From Eubacteriales bacterium (lineage in GTDB: Bacteria > Bacillota > Clostridia > Oscillospirales > CAG-272): a stretch of DNA of 64,000 nt. The position numbers were made by a program, and so were the translations under genes. The stretch covers positions 44,550 through 108,549 of the forward strand of contig JAZNER010000046.1 in assembly GCA_045588675.1 (NCBI GenBank), given 5' to 3'. Shown here piece by piece: positions 19,602-28,228 of the stretch (within the stretch, counting starts at the first letter, position 1; every line of letters begins with the position of its first letter). The notes beneath the pieces are model-generated. The model ran no database searches and was not told the origin of the DNA. It saw only the letters and a program-made list of their open reading frames with translations.

Positions 19602-20492
19602 ATGAAATTATCAATACTCGCCAATGCTAAAATCAATCTTTTTCTTGATATAAAATCAAAAAGAGAGGATAATTATCACAACATTTTAAGTATTATGCAA
19701 AGCGTTGACCTTTGCGATATAATAACGATTGACTATACGCCGTCAGAAATAAAAACAATTACTGTTGAATGTAGCGACAAGACGCTATCATGCTCTGCTG
19801 ACAATCTCATTTATAAGGCCGCTCTTGTATTTCCTTGCTCTGGAGATATTAAAGTTTTCCTTGATAAAAAAATCCCCGTGTCAGCAGGCTTGGCTGGCGG
19901 CAGTGCAGATGCCGCCGCAATTCTTGTCGGCTTGAACAAGCTTACAGGGGAAAAACTGTCCTTGAAGGACTTAAAGATGATAGGCGGCAAGCTCGGTGCA
20001 GATATTCCTTTTTGTATTGAGGGCGGAACCTGCATAGTTGAGGGAATAGGGGATATTGTAAAAAAAATCAAGCCAATCGGAAGATGTCCTATTGTCGTGG
20101 CAAGAATTGGTGAGGGAATGTCCACCCCTGAAGCCTATGCTATGCTTGATAAAAAGTACGATAATTTCAAAGATTATCATCAGAAAACTGATGTTTTAAG
20201 TGAGCTTTTGCAAAATATTGAGGCAGAAAAAACGGCCGAGCAATATAAGCTCTTTAATATTTTTGAAGAGGTGGTTGAGCCTATAAGAGTGCGCGTTAGT
20301 GAGCTTAAAGCAATAATGGTATCTTGCGGGGCTCGCAAAGCTATTATGAGTGGTAGCGGTACATCTGTCTTTGGGCTTTTTGAGGATGAGACTATGGCTT
20401 TGAAGGCGGTCGATAAATTGCATCAGCTTGACGCTATGGCATTTTTATGCTATCCCGCTGATAGAGGAGTACACATAGAAATTTGTCTGTAA
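19602..20492 (+). CDS. ispE: 4-(cytidine 5'-diphospho)-2-C-methyl-D-erythritol kinase
   Basis: 296 aa. N-terminal AKINLFLDI...REDNYHNILSIMQSVDL. GHMP kinase motif PVSAGLAGGSADAAA. Confidence 0.9.
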   Translation: MKLSILANAKINLFLDIKSKREDNYHNILSIMQSVDLCDIITIDYTPSEIKTITVECSDKTLSCSADNLIYKAALVFPCSGDIKVFLDKKIPVSAGLAGGSADAAAILVGLNKLTGEKLSLKDLKMIGGKLGADIPFCIEGGTCIVEGIGDIVKKIKPIGRCPIVVARIGEGMSTPEAYAMLDKKYDNFKDYHQKTDVLSELLQNIEAEKTAEQYKLFNIFEEVVEPIRVRVSELKAIMVSCGARKAIMSGSGTSVFGLFEDETMALKAVDKLHQLDAMAFLCYPADRGVHIEICL

Positions 20493-20500
20493 AAAGCAAA

Positions 20501-20523
20501 ATCCGCATCAAGCTGATGCGGAT
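20501..20523. terminator. hairpin terminator between convergent ispE and the ACP gene
   Basis: ATCCGCATCA-AGC-TGATGCGGAT. The T-run follows it on the minus strand (TTTGCTTTTT), so it is best placed to terminate the ACP gene. Confidence 0.6.
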
Positions 20524-20543
20524 AAATGGCTATGTAGATTTAA

Positions 20544-20768
20544 TTAACAGTGTGCTTCGAGGTAGCTTACTACATCTCCAACTGTGATGAAGCTGTGAAG
20601 GTCTTCGTCGTCAATGGAGAGGTCAAATCTCTCCTCGCATATCATTACAAGGTCGGCAAGCTCAATAGAGTTAATTCCGAGATCGGAAGAAAGCTCCGCC
20701 TCGGCAGTTATATTTTCTTCAACGATTTGAAGCTCGTCAACAAGTAAAGCTTTAAATTGTTCAAACAT
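20544..20768 (-). CDS. acyl carrier protein (stand-alone)
   Basis: 74 aa and acidic. Phosphopantetheine attachment-like motif DLGINSIELADLV. No fab or PKS/NRPS genes are adjacent. Confidence 0.7.
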   Translation of the reverse strand: MFEQFKALLVDELQIVEENITAEAELSSDLGINSIELADLVMICEERFDLSIDDEDLHSFITVGDVVSYLEAHC

Positions 20769-20888
20769 TTTTATTCCTCCAAAAATAGGGTTAACTGTAT
20801 AACACTCCCTATTATATATATTTTTTTGTCGTTTGTCAAGACATTTTATTAAAAAACAGCAAATTTTGTTGATTTAGTCAAAAATTTC

Positions 20889-23213
20889 GTGCGGGAGGTG
20901 ATTATTATCGCTGTATTTTCTAAAAGACCTTTGTTTACTGCCTGCATTTTCTTTATGCTGTCGGCAGTAATAGGCTACAACATACCAAGAGCAGCAAAAA
21001 TAATTTTAATAATCGCCTTTTCTTTGCTTTTTGCGCTTTATTTGATTTTTGGACTTGTCAAGCTTATAAAAGCTTATACATCATTATGCGTTTGCTTATG
21101 CAGCGCTATGATTGCGATTGCAATGCTTTCGTCATATTTGTATTTTGATGTTAAGCAATATGAGTATATGCAATATTGCGGCAATCAATGCACGATTGAA
21201 GGAATTGTAATTGAAATAAGAAATGACGGTGTTAATACCGACAATTACATAGTTTCTGTTTCAAAAATAAATGGTGAGAAAAATAGCCATAAAGCGATTT
21301 TGAATTGTCAGTTTGATGCGGCAATGCAGACGGGAACACTTTTTGCCGCAAATGTAAGTGCTGATGTTATTGAAGAATACGACGGATTTGGTCGATATAA
21401 TGAGATAGTAAGCTTGCTTTCTGACGGGATGTTTATTTCATACACCTTAAACGAAAGCTCCTCTCTTGCAGTTGTTGCTGATAATGTGTTTGATATAAGG
21501 GTTTGGTTAGCTGATTTAAATGCAAAGCTTTCTGATATAATCCGATTTGGCATTGGCAGAGATGAGGGCGGACTTGCCGCCGCGCTTTTGCTCGGTAACA
21601 GAAGCTTGTTGACAGATGAAATCAGCAGAGATTTTACCCGTGCGGGAGTTTCACATATTCTGGCATTAAGCGGAACGCATATGACAATAATAATGGGTGC
21701 ACTTATGCTTTTACTCAAAAAACTAAGGGTAAAGCGACCGATTATTGCGGTTATACTGTCATTTTGTTCGATTTTTTATCTTGCATTGACAGGCTTTTCA
21801 GTGTCGGCAACTCGTTCGGTAATAATGCTTTTATTTGTTTATATTGCGATATTACTTTCAGATGCTCCCGATTCTCTGACATCTCTTGGAATAGCAGGCT
21901 TTCTTATACTTTTGTTCTCACCCGGAGCAGTAGTTTCGGCAAGCTTTTGGATGTCATTTGCGGCGACACTCGGGATAGTTGTTTATATGCCTGCATTTAA
22001 TGATTTTGCGGATAAGCTTCTTCAATCTTACGAAAGATTCAGATTTATACTCCGCCCATTGATATATGTAGCTGCTACTATTGCTGCAAGTATTTTTGCA
22101 ACTGTACCGCTGATTATTGTTCTTTGCATTTTTATAAAGGAAATATCATTGTTCAGTATAATTTCAACAGTTGTTTTAGCTGTGCCGTCAACCTTAATTA
22201 TTGTGCTTTCACTTGTCTATTTGCCGTTTTCAAGGGTTGCATTTATCGGCAACTTAATCAGCAATTTAATAAGGCTGTTGTCTGATTTCACAATTGATTA
22301 TTGTGCAGATATTTCTGACCTTTCAGGAGTTGTAATCTCTGTAAATTATTCTTTTACAGCAGTATTTGCGATTTTGATTGGTTTGGCTTTAGCGTACTCA
22401 TTGATTTTTAAGACTAAGAATTTGTTTATATCGTTAACGCCTTTTGTGATTATGGCTATGCTTTTCTTTTCTGCTATTGGAATTTATGAATATACTTTGA
22501 AAGATAATATAAAGGTTTCATATTTGAATAGCTCACCAAATGAAGAAATGCTGGTAGCTTCAAATAACAGGGAAGCGGTAATATGTGATTTAAGCGGCGG
22601 AAGCAATGGGGCGTATTATGAAGCTCTTGACGAGCTTTATGATGCCCGTGTAACAGAAATACGCGCCATAATTCTGACGAGATATTCTAATTTGTATAAT
22701 TCATCATTTAATAACCTGTTCGGCAGTGAAAAGGTCAGGGAATTATGGCTACCAAAACCAAAAACCGCCGATGAATATTATCGTATGGTAGTTGTCAAGA
22801 GTAAGGCAGACGAGTTTGGGGTGGATGTATATTTATATGACGATGGGGATAAATTATCTTTGTTCCAATATACAAGCCTCGAGCTTTACAGGAGTTATAT
22901 TGAGCGTTCTGCGGTTGCGGTCACATTGCTGTCATTGAGCACCAGAAATGATAGAGTTACATATTTGTCGCCCGCATTCAATGAAAGCGAGCTTCTGGAC
23001 TTGGCAAATCAATTTACAGTGAAGTCAAAATATGTAATTTTCGGCAGAAAAGGTCCTAAAACCAAAGAGATGTATTCTATTCCTGAGAATAATAAAACCG
23101 ATGTGGTTGTGTTTGCCGATGAGCTTCGTGTCGCATATTACGATACCGAGAACTCATATTTCCGCTCACATTTTCTCGCAGATAAGAGATTTGTAATCAA
23201 TATCCCTAAATAA
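20889..23213 (+). CDS. comEC: ComEC/Rec2 family competence protein (start uncertain)
   Basis: 774 aa and polytopic. The competence domain motif is GVSHILALSGTHMTIIMG. The C-terminal ~230 aa occupy the position of the metallo-beta-lactamase domain but contain only one His. The GTG track start has no clear RBS. Confidence 0.8.
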   Translation: MREVIIIAVFSKRPLFTACIFFMLSAVIGYNIPRAAKIILIIAFSLLFALYLIFGLVKLIKAYTSLCVCLCSAMIAIAMLSSYLYFDVKQYEYMQYCGNQCTIEGIVIEIRNDGVNTDNYIVSVSKINGEKNSHKAILNCQFDAAMQTGTLFAANVSADVIEEYDGFGRYNEIVSLLSDGMFISYTLNESSSLAVVADNVFDIRVWLADLNAKLSDIIRFGIGRDEGGLAAALLLGNRSLLTDEISRDFTRAGVSHILALSGTHMTIIMGALMLLLKKLRVKRPIIAVILSFCSIFYLALTGFSVSATRSVIMLLFVYIAILLSDAPDSLTSLGIAGFLILLFSPGAVVSASFWMSFAATLGIVVYMPAFNDFADKLLQSYERFRFILRPLIYVAATIAASIFATVPLIIVLCIFIKEISLFSIISTVVLAVPSTLIIVLSLVYLPFSRVAFIGNLISNLIRLLSDFTIDYCADISDLSGVVISVNYSFTAVFAILIGLALAYSLIFKTKNLFISLTPFVIMAMLFFSAIGIYEYTLKDNIKVSYLNSSPNEEMLVASNNREAVICDLSGGSNGAYYEALDELYDARVTEIRAIILTRYSNLYNSSFNNLFGSEKVRELWLPKPKTADEYYRMVVVKSKADEFGVDVYLYDDGDKLSLFQYTSLELYRSYIERSAVAVTLLSLSTRNDRVTYLSPAFNESELLDLANQFTVKSKYVIFGRKGPKTKEMYSIPENNKTDVVVFADELRVAYYDTENSYFRSHFLADKRFVINIPK

Positions 23214-23231
23214 TGTGTAATAGGAGAAAAA

Positions 23232-24017
23232 ATGAAAATAAGCAAGTATCTTTTATATACCGATAAAAGCGGTGTAGATTTGCATATTGCCGTTGTAGCA
23301 GACCTGCATTCAAGGCCGTACTCAACTGTTGTGCAAGCGCTGAAAATTATAAAGCCTGACATAATTCTATTAGCAGGGGACATTTTGGAAATTGCCGCTC
23401 CGTATATGAGAACGAGAAATAAAAACGGATTTGAGTTTTTAAGAGAAGCTTTATTAATAGCTCCGGTGTATTACACTTATGGAAACCACGAAATATATTA
23501 TTCTCATGCAAAAAGAAACCAGTCAAAAGCCCCTGACCCAAAGATGTTCGATGAACACCTAAGCATCATTAGAAATTTAGGAGTTCATATAATCAATGAC
23601 AGCTTTGAGCAGTACACAAGTGTTGGTGAAGCGAGCAATATTTTTATAGGCGGAGTGGTATGCGGATATGATAAAAATCCCGCAATCAACTTGGATGTAC
23701 CCAATATGTCTGTTGTTAATGAGTTTGCAAGCTTGAACGGATACAAAATTTTGCTTTGTCACTATCCGCATTATTATGATAAATATTTGAAAAATACCGA
23801 TATTGATTTGATTTTATCGGGGCACGCGCACGGAGGACAATGGCGGATTTTTGGAAGAGCCGTCTACGCTCCGCATCAAGGATTTTTCCCCAAATATACA
23901 TCTGGACTTCACGACAACAAGCTGCTTATAAGCCGAGGTGTTGTAAATAATTTAAGATTTATACCTCGACTTTTTAATCCTTGTGAGGTTCTTGATGTCC
24001 GTATTTCAAGCAAATAG
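23232..24017 (+). CDS. metallophosphoesterase
   Basis: Calcineurin-like motifs VVADLHS, GDILE, GNHE, LLCHYPH and SGHAHGGQ. Confidence 0.8.
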   Translation: MKISKYLLYTDKSGVDLHIAVVADLHSRPYSTVVQALKIIKPDIILLAGDILEIAAPYMRTRNKNGFEFLREALLIAPVYYTYGNHEIYYSHAKRNQSKAPDPKMFDEHLSIIRNLGVHIINDSFEQYTSVGEASNIFIGGVVCGYDKNPAINLDVPNMSVVNEFASLNGYKILLCHYPHYYDKYLKNTDIDLILSGHAHGGQWRIFGRAVYAPHQGFFPKYTSGLHDNKLLISRGVVNNLRFIPRLFNPCEVLDVRISSK

Positions 24018-24053
24018 AAAATGCACCGCATTGTTTTTGCGGTGCATTTTTTG
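24018..24053 (+). terminator. rho-independent terminator
   Basis: ATGCACCGCA-ttgtttt-TGCGGTGCAT (24021-24047), followed by TTTTT. Confidence 0.8.
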
Positions 24054-24179
24054 TATATTTGTTCTTTTGTGTAAACTATTTTTAAAAACTTGAAAATTTT
24101 ACGCCTTCGCAAATGACTTATATAAAAAAATTTGATGGATAAAATAATTATAAAGTATTTTGACTGTGGAAGGGATAAA

Positions 24180-26234
24180 ATGAAAAAGCTTTTGAAATTT
24201 TTACTTATCGGAGCAATAGTAATTTCGGTTTTAGTAATTGTAGGTGTTTCCTTGCTTGGTATTTACATTAATAGATATAAGGACATCAGGGTGAGCGATC
24301 CGTCATTTGTAGTTAATAAAACACAGAGCGAAACATTGTTTTTTTGCTATGATTTTGATAACAGAGCTCAAAGAAAAGGAAATGTAAAGCAAATTGAGGG
24401 TGCCATATTAGACAGTGGCGTTAAGTATAAATATGTAGAGTATGAAGGTATGCCTCTGAACTTAATCAATGCTTTTATTGCAATTGAAGACAAAAGATTT
24501 TTTGAGCATAGTGGTATTGACTATGTGAGAAGCGGCCATGCGGTTGTAAATTATGTTTTTGGAGGCTCGGCAAAATTCGGCGGCTCGACAATAACACAGC
24601 AGCTGATAAAAAATCTCACAGGCAATGACCAATTGACCGCTGAAAGAAAAATCAAAGAAGCATTCTCCGCAATCAATCTTGAAAAAGAATACGACAAAAC
24701 CGAAATACTCGAAATGTATCTCAACATCATCAATTTATCTGACGGATGCCGAGGCGTCGGCGCGGCGGCAGATTACTTTTTTTCCAAGGATATAAGTGAA
24801 TTAACGCTATCCGAATGTGCAACCATAGCCTCAATAACGAACAATCCGTCAAAATACAATCCAAGAACGCATCCTGAAAATAATATAAAGCGAAGAAACC
24901 TTGTTCTTAAATGTATGCTTGAGCTTGGCTGTATTAGCGAGGACGAGTATAAAAATGCAATTGCAGACAAAATTGAATTGCAAATTCCGCAAAAATATGA
25001 AGATAAAGCTCCGAACTCGTGGTATATTGATATGGCTGTCAATGATATTATCTGTGATTTGTCTGAAAAATATGATATATCAAAAAGCGCCGCTTCTCTT
25101 ATGCTTTATAGCGGAGGCTATCATATATATTTAGCTATGGATGAAAAAATCCAGAGCATACTTGAAAATTATTATTCTGATATTGATAATTTTCCGATAG
25201 GAGAAAATGGAGAAATGCCCCAGTCGTCAATGATAATCCTTGACCCATACACAGGGGATATTCTTGGCGTTGCGGGAGGTGTTGGAGAGAAGACAGGGAA
25301 TAGAATACAAAATTATGCAACAGATGTAAAAAGACCTTCGGGATCTGCTATAAAGCCTCTTTCGGTATATGCACCGTCTTTTGAAAAAGGGTTGATTAAC
25401 TGGTCAAGTATAATATCAGACACTCCAATCATAGAGGGAAATGACAAGAAAAATCCTTGGCCGATGAACGCCAATAACAAATTTGTGGGGGATGTTGACA
25501 TTCAATATGCCATTGAACATTCTTTAAATACTGTTTCGGTAAGACTTCTACACGATTTGGGCAATCAAGTGTCGTTTGATTTTTTAAAAAATAAGCTTAT
25601 GATTAAAAGCTTAAATGACGAGCTTGACCTGACAGATTCCTCTCTTGCCTTAGGTCAGCCAAGCTACGGTATTACACTGCGTGAGCTTGTCGGCGGATAT
25701 ACGATTTTTCAAGAGGGAATATTCACAAACCCTCGCTCATATTACAAGGTGACCGATAGTGACGGCGTTGTTGTGCTTGACAATTCTCCTCATAGCGAAA
25801 AGGTTATATCGCGCGATAACGCGGCTATTTTAACAAAGCTTATGGAGGGTGTTGTTGACAGAGGTACTGCGAGGGGGAGTGTTAGCTTAGACCAAAGAAT
25901 CGATGTGGCAGGCAAGACGGGAACAACTCAATTTTGCGCCGACAGGTACTTTGTCGGCTACACTCCTGAGCTTCTTGCTGGAGTTTGGTTTGGTTATGAT
26001 TATCCTAAATCACTGTCGGATTTCGGAGGCAATTATTCAATAGTTTTCTTTGATGAGGTTATGAGTGAGATATATGAAAAATCAGACGGCAAATACGGAA
26101 AAAAATCCTTCGACATTCCCGATAATATAGTTAAATTATCTTATGATAAAAGCACAGGGAAGCTTGCCGGGGACAATGGCGAAAATATTGCGCAGGGTTG
26201 GTTTTCAAGAGAGCAAATTCATAATTTAAAATGA
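24180..26234 (+). CDS. class A penicillin-binding protein (glycosyltransferase + transpeptidase)
   Basis: ATG at 24180 (MKKLLKFLLIGAIV signal anchor) follows GGAAGGGA. GT51 motifs AIEDKRFFEHSGID and GGSTITQQL. Transpeptidase motifs SGSAIKP and KTGTT. Confidence 0.9.
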   Translation: MKKLLKFLLIGAIVISVLVIVGVSLLGIYINRYKDIRVSDPSFVVNKTQSETLFFCYDFDNRAQRKGNVKQIEGAILDSGVKYKYVEYEGMPLNLINAFIAIEDKRFFEHSGIDYVRSGHAVVNYVFGGSAKFGGSTITQQLIKNLTGNDQLTAERKIKEAFSAINLEKEYDKTEILEMYLNIINLSDGCRGVGAAADYFFSKDISELTLSECATIASITNNPSKYNPRTHPENNIKRRNLVLKCMLELGCISEDEYKNAIADKIELQIPQKYEDKAPNSWYIDMAVNDIICDLSEKYDISKSAASLMLYSGGYHIYLAMDEKIQSILENYYSDIDNFPIGENGEMPQSSMIILDPYTGDILGVAGGVGEKTGNRIQNYATDVKRPSGSAIKPLSVYAPSFEKGLINWSSIISDTPIIEGNDKKNPWPMNANNKFVGDVDIQYAIEHSLNTVSVRLLHDLGNQVSFDFLKNKLMIKSLNDELDLTDSSLALGQPSYGITLRELVGGYTIFQEGIFTNPRSYYKVTDSDGVVVLDNSPHSEKVISRDNAAILTKLMEGVVDRGTARGSVSLDQRIDVAGKTGTTQFCADRYFVGYTPELLAGVWFGYDYPKSLSDFGGNYSIVFFDEVMSEIYEKSDGKYGKKSFDIPDNIVKLSYDKSTGKLAGDNGENIAQGWFSREQIHNLK

Positions 26235-26240
26235 AAAATC

Positions 26241-26281
26241 ATATACTATGCCGAATAATAAAACGGCATAGTATATTTTTG
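26241..26281 (+). terminator. rho-independent terminator
   Basis: ATATACTATGCCG-(10 nt loop)-CGGCATAGTATAT, followed by TTTTT. Confidence 0.75.
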
Positions 26282-26288
26282 TTGAGAG

Positions 26289-26810
26289 GTGTATATGGGA
26301 AGATTGAATTATTATAAGTCGGTTATCTTTAATACAACATCATTGATATGCGGAATTGTCAATATGGTACTATGCCTTATTGTCCGTATAGTTTCGGGCA
26401 GTCCGTTTGAAGTTATACATAGACTGAACTGTAACGATATTCTCCCGCCAATATGGATATTTAATCTCTTGTGGCTTATAGCAAGCTTTTGTGTAGGTTT
26501 TTCGGCGGGAATAATCATTAATGCAATTTTGTGCAGAAGAATTAACGGAAGAGATGAAATTTTTGCCTATCGCGGTGGGCTCTGCTTTGTTGCTCTTGTG
26601 TTTTTGGCGGTTATTTGGTACCCGTTGCTGTTTATTAAGGAAGCGGTATTTTTATCTCTGCTCATAGCAATACTGTCGGCTGTGTGCTCATTTGTTTGCG
26701 CTTTGGAATGGGTTAGAATAGAGAAATGCGCAGGAGTGGTAGTCTTTATTTACTCATTTTGGCTTTTATATGTGATGATTATAAACTTCGCCCTGCTATT
26801 TCATAATTAA
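26289..26810 (+). CDS. integral membrane protein, possibly TspO/MBR-like
   Basis: 173 aa with about 5 hydrophobic helices. ILPPIWIFNLLWLIASF is reminiscent of the TspO PPxWvFxxvWxxLY motif. The assignment is tentative. Confidence 0.35.
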   Translation: MYMGRLNYYKSVIFNTTSLICGIVNMVLCLIVRIVSGSPFEVIHRLNCNDILPPIWIFNLLWLIASFCVGFSAGIIINAILCRRINGRDEIFAYRGGLCFVALVFLAVIWYPLLFIKEAVFLSLLIAILSAVCSFVCALEWVRIEKCAGVVVFIYSFWLLYVMIINFALLFHN

Positions 26811-26840
26811 AATAAATAATTTTGTTTACAATTAAAACTA

Positions 26841-26869
26841 TTGACAAAATTTTATTTGTGTAGTATAAT
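26841..26869 (+). promoter_or_regulatory. consensus sigma-A promoter
   Basis: TTGACA (26841-26846), 17-nt spacer, TATAAT (26864-26869). Confidence 0.6.
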
Positions 26870-26912
26870 TTACTTATACTTTATTTCAGTGCAATTTTCG
26901 GAGGGTAACTCA

Positions 26913-27386
26913 ATGAAATCAATTAGAATTTTGTCTTTAATTTTAGTGTTGATAACACTTGGATGCTTGTTTATTTCCTGCTCAAATAACGGTGATGACA
27001 TTCAGCTTCCGGAAAGAGATTTTTATGATATGACAGTTTCTTTTCAAATCAAGAACTCATCAGGTAGAACAATAGTCAGTGCCGAAAATTATAATTATAA
27101 GGGTCACGAGGAGCCCACAATCCTTAATATTATCAGTGATTATCTTTACATAGTTGAAGAGTTCAAGTGCACAATAGACAAAAACAATACCCTCGTTCAA
27201 GTTGGTAGCACTAAGGCTAGAACCGGTGAATATTGGGCATTTATGGATGGCATCGACCACGATGTTCAAGCAATTCTTGCTAACTCAAGTCTTCAGAAAA
27301 AGCATTTTATTGATGAGAAAATGAGTGAATACTTAATAGAAGACGGCGGTCAGTTTACAGTTGTTCTCGTGCCCTCTGCCGATTAA
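26913..27386 (+). CDS. probable lipoprotein with a DUF4430-like C-terminal domain
   Basis: ATG at 26913 follows GGAGGG. Signal peptide MKSIRILSLILVLITLGCLFISC with a lipobox-like Cys. TGEYWAFMDG...YLIEDGGQFTVVLV resembles the DUF4430 pattern (YW.y.vNG...l.dGD.i.f). Confidence 0.5.
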   Translation: MKSIRILSLILVLITLGCLFISCSNNGDDIQLPERDFYDMTVSFQIKNSSGRTIVSAENYNYKGHEEPTILNIISDYLYIVEEFKCTIDKNNTLVQVGSTKARTGEYWAFMDGIDHDVQAILANSSLQKKHFIDEKMSEYLIEDGGQFTVVLVPSAD

Positions 27387-27393
27387 TTAAATC

Positions 27394-27449
27394 AACCGAC
27401 TTTTCCCAGGCGGGCTTCTCAAATACGCCCTGCGAACAGTCGGTTTTTA
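27394..27449 (+). terminator. long-stem rho-independent terminator
   Basis: AACCGACT...AGTCGGTT outer stem (27394-27445), followed by TTTT. Confidence 0.6.
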
Positions 27450-27502
27450 CTTTAAAATTGACATTATAATTTTGTTGCAGACTAACAAATGAAAGGGATT
27501 TT

Positions 27503-28084
27503 ATGTTAATATCAATTACAGGAAAGCTTGGTAGCGGAAAAAGCACGATTTGCGGAATAATGAAGGAAAGATACGGCTTTGAGATTTACAGCACAGGAGC
27601 AATCCAAAGAGAGTATGCAAGAAAGCTTGGCATAACAACTCTTGAGCTGAACAAGAGAATGAATGAAAACCCCAATCTTGATGCCGAAATAGATAATGCT
27701 GTTACAGCAATGTCAATTGAGAGAAAAGATGATGCTTTGATTTTTGACTCCCGCATGGCTTGGCATTTTGCAAAAAACACATTCAAGATTTTTCTCACTA
27801 TCGACCCTATGGAAGCGGCAAGACGAGTTATAAAAAATCAAAGGGGCGAGGAAGAGCGTTATACAGATGTAAATGACGCTTGCGAAAAGTTAGTTGAGAG
27901 AAGCCGTATTGAAAGAGATAGATTTGTCGAGATTTACGGCGTTGACTATTATGATTATAACAATTTTAATCTTGTAGTTGATACGACAAGCCGTACACCC
28001 GAGGAGATAGTTAGTATAATTATGTCTGCCTATAATGAGTATAAGGACAATAAAGAGGGCTATATTTCACCAAGACAAATTTAA
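27503..28084 (+). CDS. cytidylate kinase-like family P-loop kinase
   Basis: 193 aa. P-loop ITGKLGSGKST. The layout resembles the short (d)CMP kinase-like family. Confidence 0.6.
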   Translation: MLISITGKLGSGKSTICGIMKERYGFEIYSTGAIQREYARKLGITTLELNKRMNENPNLDAEIDNAVTAMSIERKDDALIFDSRMAWHFAKNTFKIFLTIDPMEAARRVIKNQRGEEERYTDVNDACEKLVERSRIERDRFVEIYGVDYYDYNNFNLVVDTTSRTPEEIVSIIMSAYNEYKDNKEGYISPRQI

Positions 28085-28145
28085 TCAAACGGTGCTTTAT
28101 TATGTGCAAAATTGAGGTAATGAAAAAAGGCGAGCTGACTATAAA

Positions 28146-28180
28146 GAAAAAATCAACCGAGAAGCTCGGTTGATTTTTTG
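28146..28180 (+). terminator. rho-independent terminator
   Basis: ATCAACCGAG-aag-CTCGGTTGAT (28152-28174), flanked by an A-run and TTTTTT. Confidence 0.8.
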
Positions 28181-28190
28181 TTAATTCAAT

Positions 28191-28227
28191 AATATTTGTG
28201 TTGCGGCGTTGTCGCAACACAAATATT
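28191..28227. terminator. 15-bp perfect inverted repeat next to the stop of the MutS-like gene
   Basis: AATATTTGTGTTGCG-gcgttgt-CGCAACACAAATATT. T-rich sequence follows on the + strand only, so which gene it terminates is ambiguous. Confidence 0.4.
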
Positions 28228-28228
28228 A

